Origin: Candidatus Hecatella orcuttiae
Lineage (GTDB): Archaea > Thermoproteota > Bathyarchaeia > Hecatellales > Hecatellaceae
NCBI GenBank assembly: GCA_002011035.2
Contig: MTLY02000002.1
Location: 320,001-384,000, forward strand
DNA length: 64,000 bases
Reading direction: 5' to 3'
Made by a program: the position numbers and the translations under genes. The notes under the pieces were generated by a model that did no database searches, had not been told where the DNA came from, and saw only the letters and a program-made list of their open reading frames with translations. Of the stretch, positions 35,845-45,408 are shown one piece after another; within the stretch, counting starts at the first letter, position 1, and every line of letters begins with the position of its first letter.

Positions 35845-36627
35845 GTGCTGGAAAAGGGAAATAACTTTTTGCGGAGGATGATAGATAAAGTTCAACCGCT
35901 TGAGGCGGCGACGACTTTGAAGCAGGATGCCAGCTGGATGGGTTCAATAATTTCCAGACTTAGGAAACACTTCGGAAAAATAATGTGGGCCAAATCGAAA
36001 GACTCTTTCGAGATTCTCGTGGCAACGATCCTAAGTCAAAACACCTCCGATGTCAACAGCCATCGCGCCTTCAGAGAGTTAAAAAAAGCCATGAAGCTTA
36101 CTCCGCAGGTTCTGGCTGAAAAGCCTCTGGGAGAGATCAAGCAGGCCATTCGAACAGCTGGGCTGGCTGAAATCAAAGCTAAAAGGTTGAAAGAGGCTTC
36201 CAAGTTCATCTTGAGGGAACTGGGAGGAAACCTGTCCAAAGTGTTCAACCTCCCTCCAGAAGAGAGTAGAAATTTTCTGCTGAGATTACCAGGTGTCGGA
36301 GATAAAACCGCCGACGTCATCTTAGTTTTCGCGGGGGGAATCCCCGTTGTTCCAGTGGATACGCATCTTTTCACCATAGGGAAGAGGCTGGGGCTTACAG
36401 CTTCCAGCCGCTACCAAGATGTCAGAGCAGCCTACGAGCGGCTTATCCCTCCAAAGGAAAGGGCGGAGGCCCATGTTCTCTTCATCGAGTTGGGGAAAAA
36501 AATCTGCACGGCTAGGAATCCTAAGCATGAAGCTTGCCCTATTCTAGACCTGTGTCCCACGGGGCTGAAATCTGTCTCCCAAGTGGATGATGAGGCTGAG
36601 AGGCGGCTTTCTGATACAGGCATGTGA
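35845..36627 (+). CDS. nth: Endonuclease III (HhH-GPD, 4Fe-4S)
   Basis: LVATILSQNTSD, LPGVGDKTAD, PVDTH, C-x6-H..C..C (one Cys replaced by His); real start probably near 35938. Confidence 0.88.
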   Translation: MLEKGNNFLRRMIDKVQPLEAATTLKQDASWMGSIISRLRKHFGKIMWAKSKDSFEILVATILSQNTSDVNSHRAFRELKKAMKLTPQVLAEKPLGEIKQAIRTAGLAEIKAKRLKEASKFILRELGGNLSKVFNLPPEESRNFLLRLPGVGDKTADVILVFAGGIPVVPVDTHLFTIGKRLGLTASSRYQDVRAAYERLIPPKERAEAHVLFIELGKKICTARNPKHEACPILDLCPTGLKSVSQVDDEAERRLSDTGM

Positions 36628-36777
36628 CTATTTCCCACCTCCGTGGGGGAAGCTTCAGCATTTTTTCGTCAATTTTTCCTCTCCCAGCAGGCTTTAATCC
36701 CGTTTCCAATCCTTCTCTGATGATTGTGAAATTTTATATGATGTCCTTCACGCATAAGACTTGAGGCTGCAAAAGAA

Positions 36778-37413
36778 TTGAAACCGCTTAAAAACTGGGA
36801 AAAGAAGGATTCTCTCTTCGGAAAAATTAGCGACCGCTTCCACCGCACTCCGCCTTTGAGGGATAAGGTTTTCAACTCCCTCTACAAACTTAACAGCATC
36901 CAAGCTAAACTGGAGCAGTTGACCAACAAACTGGAGCAGAAGGATCGGGAGCTCTTTGGCAAATGCGCTGAATCCATGGCCCGGGGAGATGAGGAGCGTT
37001 CGAAGATCTATGCCAACGAGTGCGCTCAGCTGAGGAAGATGGCTAAAACCGTTTTGGGAAGCCAGCTGGCCATCGAGCAGGCTGCTTTAAGGCTGGAGAC
37101 GGTGAAGGAATTCGGAGACGTGGCCAAGGAGATGATGCCTGTAGCTGGTGTAGTTCGGTCGTTGAAAGGGAAGCTGGTGGGAGTTATGCCTGAAGCCTCC
37201 TTGGAGCTCAACGAAATTGGAGAAACATTAAACGAGATCATGTTCGAGGCGGGGGAAGTCTCCGCGTCGGCTCCCAGCTTCCAAGCCTCAGGGGAAGAGG
37301 CTCAGAAAATCCTTCAGTCCGCTTCGGTTTTGGCTGAGCAGAAAATGAAAGAGAAATTCCCCAAACTTCCAGTGGGAGAATTTGCGGAGGAGCGTTCTCC
37401 CGACCTCGGCTAG
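36778..37413 (+). CDS. ESCRT-III / CdvB-family protein (Snf7 core)
   Basis: LFGKC....GD..RSKIYANE..QLRK, LRLETV.EFGD, GVMPE, EEAQKIL..A...AE, FPKLP (MIM2-like). Confidence 0.9.
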   Translation: MKPLKNWEKKDSLFGKISDRFHRTPPLRDKVFNSLYKLNSIQAKLEQLTNKLEQKDRELFGKCAESMARGDEERSKIYANECAQLRKMAKTVLGSQLAIEQAALRLETVKEFGDVAKEMMPVAGVVRSLKGKLVGVMPEASLELNEIGETLNEIMFEAGEVSASAPSFQASGEEAQKILQSASVLAEQKMKEKFPKLPVGEFAEERSPDLG

Positions 37414-37515
37414 TCTTCAAAACAGTCCGCAGCCTAGTCTTTCAAGACTTCCTTCAAGCTACTCCGCTTCCCCCCTCAACAGTGCGAGGTGGTTTAGGAT
37501 AGAAGGTTATTTCCG

Positions 37516-38493
37516 ATGGGAAGAGAGGAAAGACTTGAAGATGAAGTCCTAAGGATCTTTTTCGTCCTCTTGTCTGTGGTGAGTTGGTTTTTTATTCTCC
37601 AGTGGGCAGCGGAGCTTCTAGGCTGGCCCAGCCGGCCGGCGGGGTGGTCCTACCTCGCCGCCTTCTACGGGGCCTCTGCCGCCTATCTGGTGGGAAGGAC
37701 GAAAGGGCGGCTTAGAAAGGTCGTCTACGACTCCCCTTTTGCCGCTTATATCAACCTCCTGATAATCCTCGTCCCCCTATTCCTCATCTACCTAGCCTTG
37801 GCAAATCCCCCGCTGGAGGAGGCTCCTGGAAAAATCAGCCGACTGACGGCTTCAAGCCCCCTCACCTTGGCTTCAGGTTGGCTTTTCTCCTTCACCGCCT
37901 ACAGGTTTCTGGACAAGCTCTACGACAGGATTTTTGGGGTTTTCGAAAAAACCGGCCCCAGAGTCAGCTTCAAGACATCCGGCCCCATTCAAAGAGATGC
38001 GGAGGAGGTAGCGGGGAGGCTTGAGGTTGAGGCTGGAAAGCTGGCAGCCAAAGCCTCTGCTTGGGAGAAGCATGCCCACAGGTTGTACGATAAAGCCTTA
38101 GCAGCTCAGGTTTCAGGAAAAGCCGATAAAGCCAGCGCCTACCTTACAGCCTACTGGGAGGCGAAGAAGAACTCAGACCTGCTGGTGAAGGTGCAGGTGC
38201 AACTGGAAGGCTTAGTGGAGAGGCTTAAAACCCTCCACAGCTTCGCGGAAACCATGGCCGAGATGCCCTCCGCCTTCAAAACCATTTCAGAGCTTAAAGG
38301 GAGACTGAAGGGAGTTATTCCCGCTTTCTCCGGCGAACTGGAGAAGATAGGGCGAACGGTAGAAGAGCTTCTGGCCAAGACGCAGGCTCACGGCGGCAGC
38401 CTCCCAGAACAGCTCCAGGGAAAAGAGGCTCAAAAAATCCTCCTAGAAGCCGGCGGCGTAGCAGAGGCGAGGCTGAGGCATGGGAAAGACTAA
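37516..38493 (+). CDS. Transmembrane domain fused to a CdvB/ESCRT-III-like domain
   Basis: 3-4 hydrophobic segments in aa 12-130; C-terminal ~170 aa aligns collinearly with the neighbouring CdvB (LKGRLKGVIP vs LKGKLVGVMP; GKEAQKIL vs GEEAQKIL). Confidence 0.8.
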   Translation: MGREERLEDEVLRIFFVLLSVVSWFFILQWAAELLGWPSRPAGWSYLAAFYGASAAYLVGRTKGRLRKVVYDSPFAAYINLLIILVPLFLIYLALANPPLEEAPGKISRLTASSPLTLASGWLFSFTAYRFLDKLYDRIFGVFEKTGPRVSFKTSGPIQRDAEEVAGRLEVEAGKLAAKASAWEKHAHRLYDKALAAQVSGKADKASAYLTAYWEAKKNSDLLVKVQVQLEGLVERLKTLHSFAETMAEMPSAFKTISELKGRLKGVIPAFSGELEKIGRTVEELLAKTQAHGGSLPEQLQGKEAQKILLEAGGVAEARLRHGKD

Positions 38494-38549
38494 TCTGCTT
38501 TGGAACCTGATCCTTAGGTGAAGTTTCCCTGTCCCTCGGAGGGTTTTGG

Positions 38550-39188
38550 ATGCTGGTCAAGAGACTGACGGTAGGGCCGCTGATGGGAAACTGCTACATC
38601 GTAGGCTGCGAGGAGACGGCTAAGGCCGCGGTCATCGACCCGGGGGCAGAGCCTGAGCGAATCTTAGAGGCGTTGAAGAAAAGCCGTTTAAAGCCTGTTT
38701 ACATTGTCAACACCCACGGCCACCCGGATCATGTCTCCGCCAATGCTCCGGTGAAGAGGAGGACCAGCGCCCTGATTCTGATACACGAACTGGACGCCTC
38801 CCTGCTTTCTTCCCCCCGCCTAGACTCGGAGATAGAGCTCCTCCTCGATGTCGGGGAGAATTCCCCCCCGCCTGACAGGCTGTTGAAGGACGGGGAAACC
38901 ATCCGGGTGGGGAAGGTCACGTTTCAAGTCCTCCACACTCCCGGCCACACCCCCGGCAGCATCTGCCTCCTCGCCGAGGGCAGCCTCTTCACCGGAGACA
39001 CCCTCTTCGCCGGCAGCGTGGGTAGGACGGACCTCCCCGGCGGCTCCCCGGAGGCCTTGAGAAACTCGCTCCAGCGGAAGCTTCTGCCCTTGGACGACGG
39101 GTTAACCGTCTACCCTGGACACGGACCCCCCTCCACCTTAGGCTACGAGAAGAAGCACAATCTCTTCCTCAAGTCTTCTTTTCTCTGA
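38550..39188 (+). CDS. MBL-fold metallohydrolase (glyoxalase II-like)
   Basis: THGHPDH, TPGHTPG, TGDTLF, PGHG. Confidence 0.9.
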   Translation: MLVKRLTVGPLMGNCYIVGCEETAKAAVIDPGAEPERILEALKKSRLKPVYIVNTHGHPDHVSANAPVKRRTSALILIHELDASLLSSPRLDSEIELLLDVGENSPPPDRLLKDGETIRVGKVTFQVLHTPGHTPGSICLLAEGSLFTGDTLFAGSVGRTDLPGGSPEALRNSLQRKLLPLDDGLTVYPGHGPPSTLGYEKKHNLFLKSSFL

Positions 39189-39204
39189 GATTGAAGGCAC
39201 AGGG

Positions 39205-39819
39205 TTGGAGGCCGCTGGGTTGGTGAGGGTTCTGGGCGTGGAAGATGGCAGTTTTCCCAGCTGGCCGGCTGGGGTTAAGAAGGGAAAGGCTCTTCTCGCC
39301 GCGGTCACTCTCCGAGATTTCACCGTCGAAGACGTTGCCCTCGCTTGGGTGGCTGTAGACGGCTGGGATGCCACCGAGGCCGTCATCCAGATGGTGAAGC
39401 AGGGAGGGAAAAAACCAGACTTGGTGATGTTGGCCTCCCTTGCCTACGCCGGCTTCAACCTCGTCGACCCGGAGGAGGTTCACCGCCGCCTCCGCCTCCC
39501 CGTCCTCATTGTAAACCCCCAGAAACCCGACAGCTTAGCCGTGGAAGCCGCCCTTAAGAAGCATTTCCCCAACTGGAAGCAGAGACTCGCCATCTTGGAT
39601 AAGGCTAAAAAACCCTACAAACTCAGCTTGGAAGAAGGCGGAGAAGTGTTCTTCTACACCTACGGCCTAAGGGCCTTCGAAGCCCGAAAGCTCATCAAAA
39701 AACTGACAGTCTTCGGCCACCGCCCCGAACCCTTGAGGGTCGCCCGGCTGATAGCCCGAGGTCTCAGCCCTTCAAGGCGCGCCAAGCATCCGAGAAAAAT
39801 CCATCACGGTCAAGGCTAA
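39205..39819 (+). CDS. DUF99-family (endonuclease V-like) protein
   Basis: GVEDG, VDG.DAT, AGFNLVD, PEPLRVA. Confidence 0.8.
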   Translation: MEAAGLVRVLGVEDGSFPSWPAGVKKGKALLAAVTLRDFTVEDVALAWVAVDGWDATEAVIQMVKQGGKKPDLVMLASLAYAGFNLVDPEEVHRRLRLPVLIVNPQKPDSLAVEAALKKHFPNWKQRLAILDKAKKPYKLSLEEGGEVFFYTYGLRAFEARKLIKKLTVFGHRPEPLRVARLIARGLSPSRRAKHPRKIHHGQG

Positions 39820-41367
39820 GGTTTTCAGATTGACCACCGCTGCCACACCGGGGGTGGGCGTTAACCCCAGCCTCTGCTGGTAGAGGGTCTGCTTTTGCCA
39901 ACACCCGGAATTGATCAGCCTCACCCCCCGGTAGTAGGTTTGGTCGAACACATGAATGTGGCCTGCGTGGTAAACGTCGGGAACCCGGTCCACCACCATC
40001 CAGTCCCGGGTCTCCGGGGCTATGGGGGTCCTCTGCCCGTAGACAGGGCTCAAATGCCGACCCTTGAGAAGGCCCAGCATGGCCTTGGCGGGGTTCCGGT
40101 GGCTGACGTTGGGCATGGAGACTAGGACGTCCTCCAAGCTTCGCCCGTGGTGGAGGAGAAACTCAACTCCGTGAAGCCTCACCTGCGCCGGGTTTCCCAG
40201 GGAAACCAGCTGAGAGCCGCATTTCTCGTAGAGGGCTTCGGCGTATTTTTTAGAAAGAGCCGGCTGGGGTAAAGCCTTTCGAACGGCGTCGTGGTTTCCC
40301 GGAATGACAATGATGACAATGTGGTCTGGAACCTGTTCGAGCAGAGCGGCAGCTGCCTCGTATTGGCGGCAAACGTCCTGAATCTCCAACTCTTCTTCCT
40401 GCTGAGGGTAGACTCCTATCCCGTCGACCAAGTCTCCTGCCACCAGAAGATACTTGACCTTTCCGGCGAGCTCCCTCTCCCGGCGGCCTCCCCCGCCTCC
40501 CCTCAGCCACCCGAGAAAGGCTTGGAAAAGTTTCCCCTCAAAGACCTTGCTTCCCACGTGGAGGTCTGAAATCAGCACAGCGTTTACCTCCTCTGGGGAA
40601 AAGCCGGGTCTCCTCTGGGGAACATCCGGCAGGATTAGGTCTTCCGCCACAACCAAGCCGTTTCCAGTTTTAACGCCTACCACCCCTACAACTTGGTCTA
40701 AGAGCAGATTTCGAGCTTTGTCCACCAGCATGGGATTGGAGTCTTGGACGAGAACCTGAGCCTCTGCCTCCAAGTCATCCACTCTCAGAAAGAATCTTTT
40801 CCCACGGCTGACTTTTTCCGCCACCATGCCCACGAACTTAACCTTAGCTCCCGCCCTACCCTCCAAAGACTCCCTGATGGTGGCTGCGTCCCTCAAATCC
40901 AACCTTTGCCTCAGCAACCTTTTCAGCTGCTGAAAGCGGCTTCTGAAATATTCCATGAAGGCTTCCACGCTTCCCTTGGAAGCCAGCTGAAGAGTAGGGT
41001 CCATGACCACCTCCACCCTAGCTTCCACATCCTTGGCCTCCGGGCGGAAGATCCCTTTACCCATCTCCACAGGTTCAGCTTCCCGAAGCCCCTCTGTGGC
41101 AGCGCGCTTCTCCCTCTCCAGCGTGGAAGCCTCCTCCACCATGGCTTTGCTGACAAAGGGAAAAGAAGGAGGGGCCTCTGATAATTTCTTCAAAACTCTG
41201 TCGACAATCTGCTCCGGATCTTGACGTTGGGAGAGGGTTTGGAGGAGGCTGAAAGCTTCCGCCTGCATCTGGTAGCCGGCTTCGTGGACCTTTCGAAGAG
41301 CCCGCTTCACTTTTTCATCCGGCTGAGCTTCTGGGGTTTGACGGTAGCCTAAGGTTTCAGCCTCCAA
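39772..41367 (-). CDS. polD1: DNA polymerase D small subunit DP1
   Basis: YFRSRF, OB fold, ISDLHVGS, AGDLVDGIGVYP, PGNHD, HG, GHIH, NSGCWQ. Confidence 0.95.
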   Translation of the reverse strand: MEAETLGYRQTPEAQPDEKVKRALRKVHEAGYQMQAEAFSLLQTLSQRQDPEQIVDRVLKKLSEAPPSFPFVSKAMVEEASTLEREKRAATEGLREAEPVEMGKGIFRPEAKDVEARVEVVMDPTLQLASKGSVEAFMEYFRSRFQQLKRLLRQRLDLRDAATIRESLEGRAGAKVKFVGMVAEKVSRGKRFFLRVDDLEAEAQVLVQDSNPMLVDKARNLLLDQVVGVVGVKTGNGLVVAEDLILPDVPQRRPGFSPEEVNAVLISDLHVGSKVFEGKLFQAFLGWLRGGGGGRRERELAGKVKYLLVAGDLVDGIGVYPQQEEELEIQDVCRQYEAAAALLEQVPDHIVIIVIPGNHDAVRKALPQPALSKKYAEALYEKCGSQLVSLGNPAQVRLHGVEFLLHHGRSLEDVLVSMPNVSHRNPAKAMLGLLKGRHLSPVYGQRTPIAPETRDWMVVDRVPDVYHAGHIHVFDQTYYRGVRLINSGCWQKQTLYQQRLGLTPTPGVAAVVNLKTLALTVMDFSRMLGAP

Positions 41368-41450
41368 CCGTTCAACCTACCTGCCTTGAAAACAGCCGTC
41401 CGCATTAGTGTAGATTAGAAAACGATTTAAAACTTGCCAATGCCAGTTTT

Positions 41451-42458
41451 ATGGTGAAGAAGCTGTCTGTTGAGGTTAGGAAAATTCAGAGGACAGCTGA
41501 CGGAACCTACATGCTTTCCCTGCCTAAAAACTGGGCTAAACGCTTCAACCTCAAGAGAGGCTCCCCCATTTACTTGAGGGAGCGAAGCGACGGCTGCTTA
41601 GTTTTAGACCCTGAATATGCCGTGGAGGTTTCTCCGGAGATAACGTTGAAGGCTTCGGAGAGGCTGGAAGACCGCATCCTCAGCAGCTACCTCCTCGGCT
41701 ACGAGCTTATCTTGGTTCAGGCTCCCAGGGTTACGGAGGAATTAATGAAGCGAATAAAGAGGGTGGTTGCCCGCCTCATCGGAGTTGAAATCATCGAAGA
41801 AAGCCCTCAGACGGTGGTTTTGCAGTGCCTCCTCAAGGCTTCCGCCTCGCCTCCGGAAAAAATTCTCCGCCGGCAATACGTCCTTTCCTCCAGCCTCTGC
41901 AGGGATGCTCTAAGCCACCTCGTCGACTTCGACGTCGAAAAAGCCGCCTTGGTGAGGGCGAGGGACGAGGAAATCGACCGGCTTTACTTTCTCTTGGTCA
42001 GGCTTCTCCGAAGCCTCATCCTGAACCCTCGCCTCAGCGAGAAGCTCAACATTTCCCTCATCGACTGCTTGGACTACAGGCTGATAGCCAGCCTCATCGA
42101 AAACATGGCTGACGAGGCGGTGAAGATAGCGGAATCCACCGTGGCCATGGGCGCAGAGGGAAGGCTTCCTCCAGAGTTAACTCAGGCAATAGCAAGCTTT
42201 CAGGAGAGCTTTCAGGCTGCCTTTGAAGAGGCCATGAGGGCTCTGTTTTCCAAGGATGAAAGACTTCAAACCTCCGCCCTGCGGAAGAAAGCGGAGTCCC
42301 AGCGGGCTTTGGAAAAGATAAAAGAAACCTTCACCCTCTACCAGCAGCAGACGCCCCCCGCCTTCTACAACCTCATCTTTCTCTTCGACCAGATTGTAGA
42401 CTACCTCACCGACATGATAGATTTGGTCACACCTTCCCCTCCGCCCAAAACCAGTTGA
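41451..42458 (+). CDS. AbrB-PhoU phosphate uptake regulator
   Basis: RKIQ....TYMLSLPKNW, DEEIDRLY, IENMAD. Confidence 0.85.
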   Translation: MVKKLSVEVRKIQRTADGTYMLSLPKNWAKRFNLKRGSPIYLRERSDGCLVLDPEYAVEVSPEITLKASERLEDRILSSYLLGYELILVQAPRVTEELMKRIKRVVARLIGVEIIEESPQTVVLQCLLKASASPPEKILRRQYVLSSSLCRDALSHLVDFDVEKAALVRARDEEIDRLYFLLVRLLRSLILNPRLSEKLNISLIDCLDYRLIASLIENMADEAVKIAESTVAMGAEGRLPPELTQAIASFQESFQAAFEEAMRALFSKDERLQTSALRKKAESQRALEKIKETFTLYQQQTPPAFYNLIFLFDQIVDYLTDMIDLVTPSPPPKTS

Positions 42459-42511
42459 AAAAAGGCGGCCGGGAAACCGTCACCACCCCGGCGGGGAGCC
42501 GCGTTCAAAAC

Positions 42512-43687
42512 TCATCCAACAACTTTTCGAAATCCTACTCCACCGGCAAGGAAGAGGGCGATGGAAAGCCCGGCGTAGGATACCGCCGCCGCGATGGAAA
42601 AGCCCGGTTGAAAGCCGTAGGCGGAGATAACCTGCCCCAAGAGGGCTGGGCTGGCGGCCATGCCGGCGTAGAAGCAGGTGCTGTAGGCTCCCATGGCTAG
42701 GCCTCTTCCCCCCTGCGTTGTGGTCTCGGCGAGGAGGGCGCTGGCGGAAAGGAAGGTCATTCCCATGGCTAAGCCCACCAAGCCCATCAGCGCCGCGAGG
42801 ACCGGGAGGTTGGTGGAGGAGGTTAGGAACAGGGTGGCGGAGGCTGCTGTGAGGAGGCCGAGGAACATGAACGGCATCCTCCTGCCCAGTCGGTCGGAGA
42901 GGGTGCCGAAGGGAAGCCGGATGGCGGCGCTGGCCGTGGACTGGGCTGTGAACAGCAGGCCGATGGCGAAGACGCTTAGGCCGATGCTTTTGGCGTAGAG
43001 CGGTATGAAAGCCGGCGTTATCCCCCAGGTGAAAGTCAGGCAGAACGCTGAGACAAAGCAGACGAGGGCTACCCGGTTGGCGAACAGCAGCCTAAACTCT
43101 TGGAGGATGCGGGCGGAGGGCAAAGCCGCCTCCTTCCGTTTTGTGCTGGGAAAGGCGGTGAGGCCGAACAGCAGGCCTGCGGTGATGATGAAGCCGGAGA
43201 GGGTGAAGGAGCCCTTGAAGCCGGCAAGTCCGGCAATTAGGCCTCCGAAACCCGGCCCCACCGCCATGGCCACGGCCATGAACGTGGTATACAGCCCGTA
43301 GGCTCGGCCGAAGCTGAGGCTTCCGGACACATCCCCGACGAAAGCGATGATGGAAGGCGTGTAGGCGGCGATGCCTAGGCCGGCTAAGGCGTAGACGGCT
43401 AGGATGAGGTAGGGCTGCCCGGCGAAGGGGAGGAGGAAAGAAACCGCGGCGTTGATGAACGCGCCCAAGAGGACCAGTCGCCTCCGCCCCAGCCTGTCGG
43501 AGGTCAGCCCGAAGGGAATGGCCACCGCCGAGGCGGCCAGCATGAAGGCGGCGGTGATGAAGCCCACCTGGGTGAGGGTGGCTCCTTGGGCTTGGGCGTA
43601 GAGGGGAATGATAGGCAGCCTCATGAAGGCTCCGAGGTAGACGAGAAAAGTAATGGTGCAGGCGACGAAGAGGGGCGGCAGCCTCAT
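42512..43687 (-). CDS. MFS transporter
   Basis: About 12 TM segments, two G.LSDRLGRR-type motifs. Confidence 0.9.
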   Translation of the reverse strand: MRLPPLFVACTITFLVYLGAFMRLPIIPLYAQAQGATLTQVGFITAAFMLAASAVAIPFGLTSDRLGRRRLVLLGAFINAAVSFLLPFAGQPYLILAVYALAGLGIAAYTPSIIAFVGDVSGSLSFGRAYGLYTTFMAVAMAVGPGFGGLIAGLAGFKGSFTLSGFIITAGLLFGLTAFPSTKRKEAALPSARILQEFRLLFANRVALVCFVSAFCLTFTWGITPAFIPLYAKSIGLSVFAIGLLFTAQSTASAAIRLPFGTLSDRLGRRMPFMFLGLLTAASATLFLTSSTNLPVLAALMGLVGLAMGMTFLSASALLAETTTQGGRGLAMGAYSTCFYAGMAASPALLGQVISAYGFQPGFSIAAAVSYAGLSIALFLAGGVGFRKVVG

Positions 43688-43809
43688 TCTAAACCTCCTA
43701 TCTTAAATTTCCTCCCCCCTTATCAGGTTGCCTCTCCCAGGTGGGAGGTGCCCGCCGAAAACAGGCTGATTTTTTCTTCGGAATGTCCATCAAAATAGTG
43801 GGGAGGCGG

Positions 43810-45168
43810 ATGGAGCGGAGGGACGTCGTCACGTCATTCCTCGAGCATGAAGGGAAAATCCTGATCCTGAGGAGGAGCGAGAAGGTGGGAACCTACCGGG
43901 GAAGGTGGGCTGGCGTCAGCGGCTACCTGGAGGAGGGCGAAGACCCTCTCCACCGGGCTTTGCAGGAGCTCAGGGAAGAAGTAGGGCTAACCTCCGAACA
44001 GGTTCAACTGCTCCGGAAGGGTAAGCCTTTACTGGTTCCAGACTTGGAAAAGAAAGTCGTCTGGAAGGTTTACCCCTTCCTTTTCAGGGTGAAGTCTGAC
44101 CGAATTCAGATGGACTGGGAGCACCGGGAATGCCAGTGGATAAGGCCTGAGGAAATAGGCCGGTATGAAACCGTTCCAAAGCTGGAGGAAACTTTGGAAA
44201 GAGTCTGGGAGAAACCCGGCGGGCAGCCGTTGGACCCGCAGGTCCTCAGGGAAATCGAACTCATCAAAGCAGACCGCTGGAAGGGCGCAAGCCAACTGGC
44301 CCGGGAAGCCCTGAGGGTGGTGAAGCTGGCGGCGGAAAGATACTCCCCACCCAAGGCGGCTGATGCGGGGGACTATCTAGGCTACCTGAAGCAGGTGGGC
44401 CGGCTGCTGATGGAGGCAAGGCCCAGCATGGCGGCCTTGGCCAATAGCGTCGGCTTCCTCCTCCATCAACTGCTGGAAAAGGGGAAGACGGAGCCTCCCT
44501 TTTCCCTTAGGGCCTTCGCCCTTTCCAAGGCTGAGGAGCTTATCCGGCAGTCGGAGGAGGCCTCTGCGGCTGCTGCCCGGAAGGCAGCGGAGCTGTTTCC
44601 GCGGAAGGCCAAGGTGATGACCCACAGCTACAGCTCCACGGTTCTACAGGCCTTCCACCACGCCCTCCAAGCTGGAAAGGGGGTGGAGGCCGTGGTCACC
44701 GAGTCTCGGCCCCTCTGCGAGGGAACAGCCACAGCCAAGGCTCTCTCTGAGATGGGTATCCCCGTGGCCTTCATCGTCGACGCGGCGGCCGGCTGCTTTA
44801 TGGATCGGGTGGACTTGGTGCTGGTGGGCGCCGATAGCATCCTAGCCGACGGCTCCGCCGTCAACAAGGTGGGCACGCTGACGATGGCCTTGGCTGCGCG
44901 GAGAAGCCGGGTGCCCTTCTACGTGGTCTGCGAGAGGCTGAAGTTTCACGTCCGCAGCCTGCTGGGGGAAGCGGTGGCGCTGGAGGAAAAGGACCCCTCC
45001 GAGGTTGTGAACCCTCAAACCCTGCCGGGGGTTGGGGTGAGAAACGTTTACTTCGACATCACCCCGGCTGACTGCCTATCCGGAATAGTGACCGAGGACG
45101 GAGTCCTAAAGCCCCCCAGCGTCTCCGCCCACATGGAGGAGATGCTGAAAAACCTGTACCTAGAATAG
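43810..45168 (+). CDS. NUDIX hydrolase fused to an eIF-2B/R15P-isomerase-family domain
   Basis: Nudix box GYLEEGE...ELREEVGL; RPSM, THSYS, ESRP..EG, VGAD, NKVGT, FDITP; ATG 43810 with SD GGAGG. Confidence 0.85.
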   Translation: MERRDVVTSFLEHEGKILILRRSEKVGTYRGRWAGVSGYLEEGEDPLHRALQELREEVGLTSEQVQLLRKGKPLLVPDLEKKVVWKVYPFLFRVKSDRIQMDWEHRECQWIRPEEIGRYETVPKLEETLERVWEKPGGQPLDPQVLREIELIKADRWKGASQLAREALRVVKLAAERYSPPKAADAGDYLGYLKQVGRLLMEARPSMAALANSVGFLLHQLLEKGKTEPPFSLRAFALSKAEELIRQSEEASAAAARKAAELFPRKAKVMTHSYSSTVLQAFHHALQAGKGVEAVVTESRPLCEGTATAKALSEMGIPVAFIVDAAAGCFMDRVDLVLVGADSILADGSAVNKVGTLTMALAARRSRVPFYVVCERLKFHVRSLLGEAVALEEKDPSEVVNPQTLPGVGVRNVYFDITPADCLSGIVTEDGVLKPPSVSAHMEEMLKNLYLE

Positions 45169-45192
45169 CCGGGCCAGTGGGATGAGAGAGGA

Positions 45193-45316
45193 TGGCGCCG
45201 GGGAAGGGATTTTCCTGCCCAAGGCATTTTGAACCCCTGAGGACCCGAAGGTCCACTGGATGTTCCGTCGCGGAGGCGATCTCGAGTCCAGCGCGTTACC
45301 GCTCCGCCACCCCGGC
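45193..45316 (-). tRNA. tRNA-Ser(CGA) with two introns (37/38 and 59/60)
   Basis: Removing 45280-45262 and 45227-45210 gives an 87-nt tRNA with long variable arm GGACC-TTCG-GGTCC, G73 and CCA; TATA-like TTTAAAA upstream. Confidence 0.92.
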
Positions 45317-45408
45317 TAAGCTTGATAGCGCCGGGGTTGTTTTAAACCGTTTCCCCGCCCCCTTCAGGCTAGGTTTATTAAGCTGGCTCTGGGACAGTTT
45401 AACCAGCG

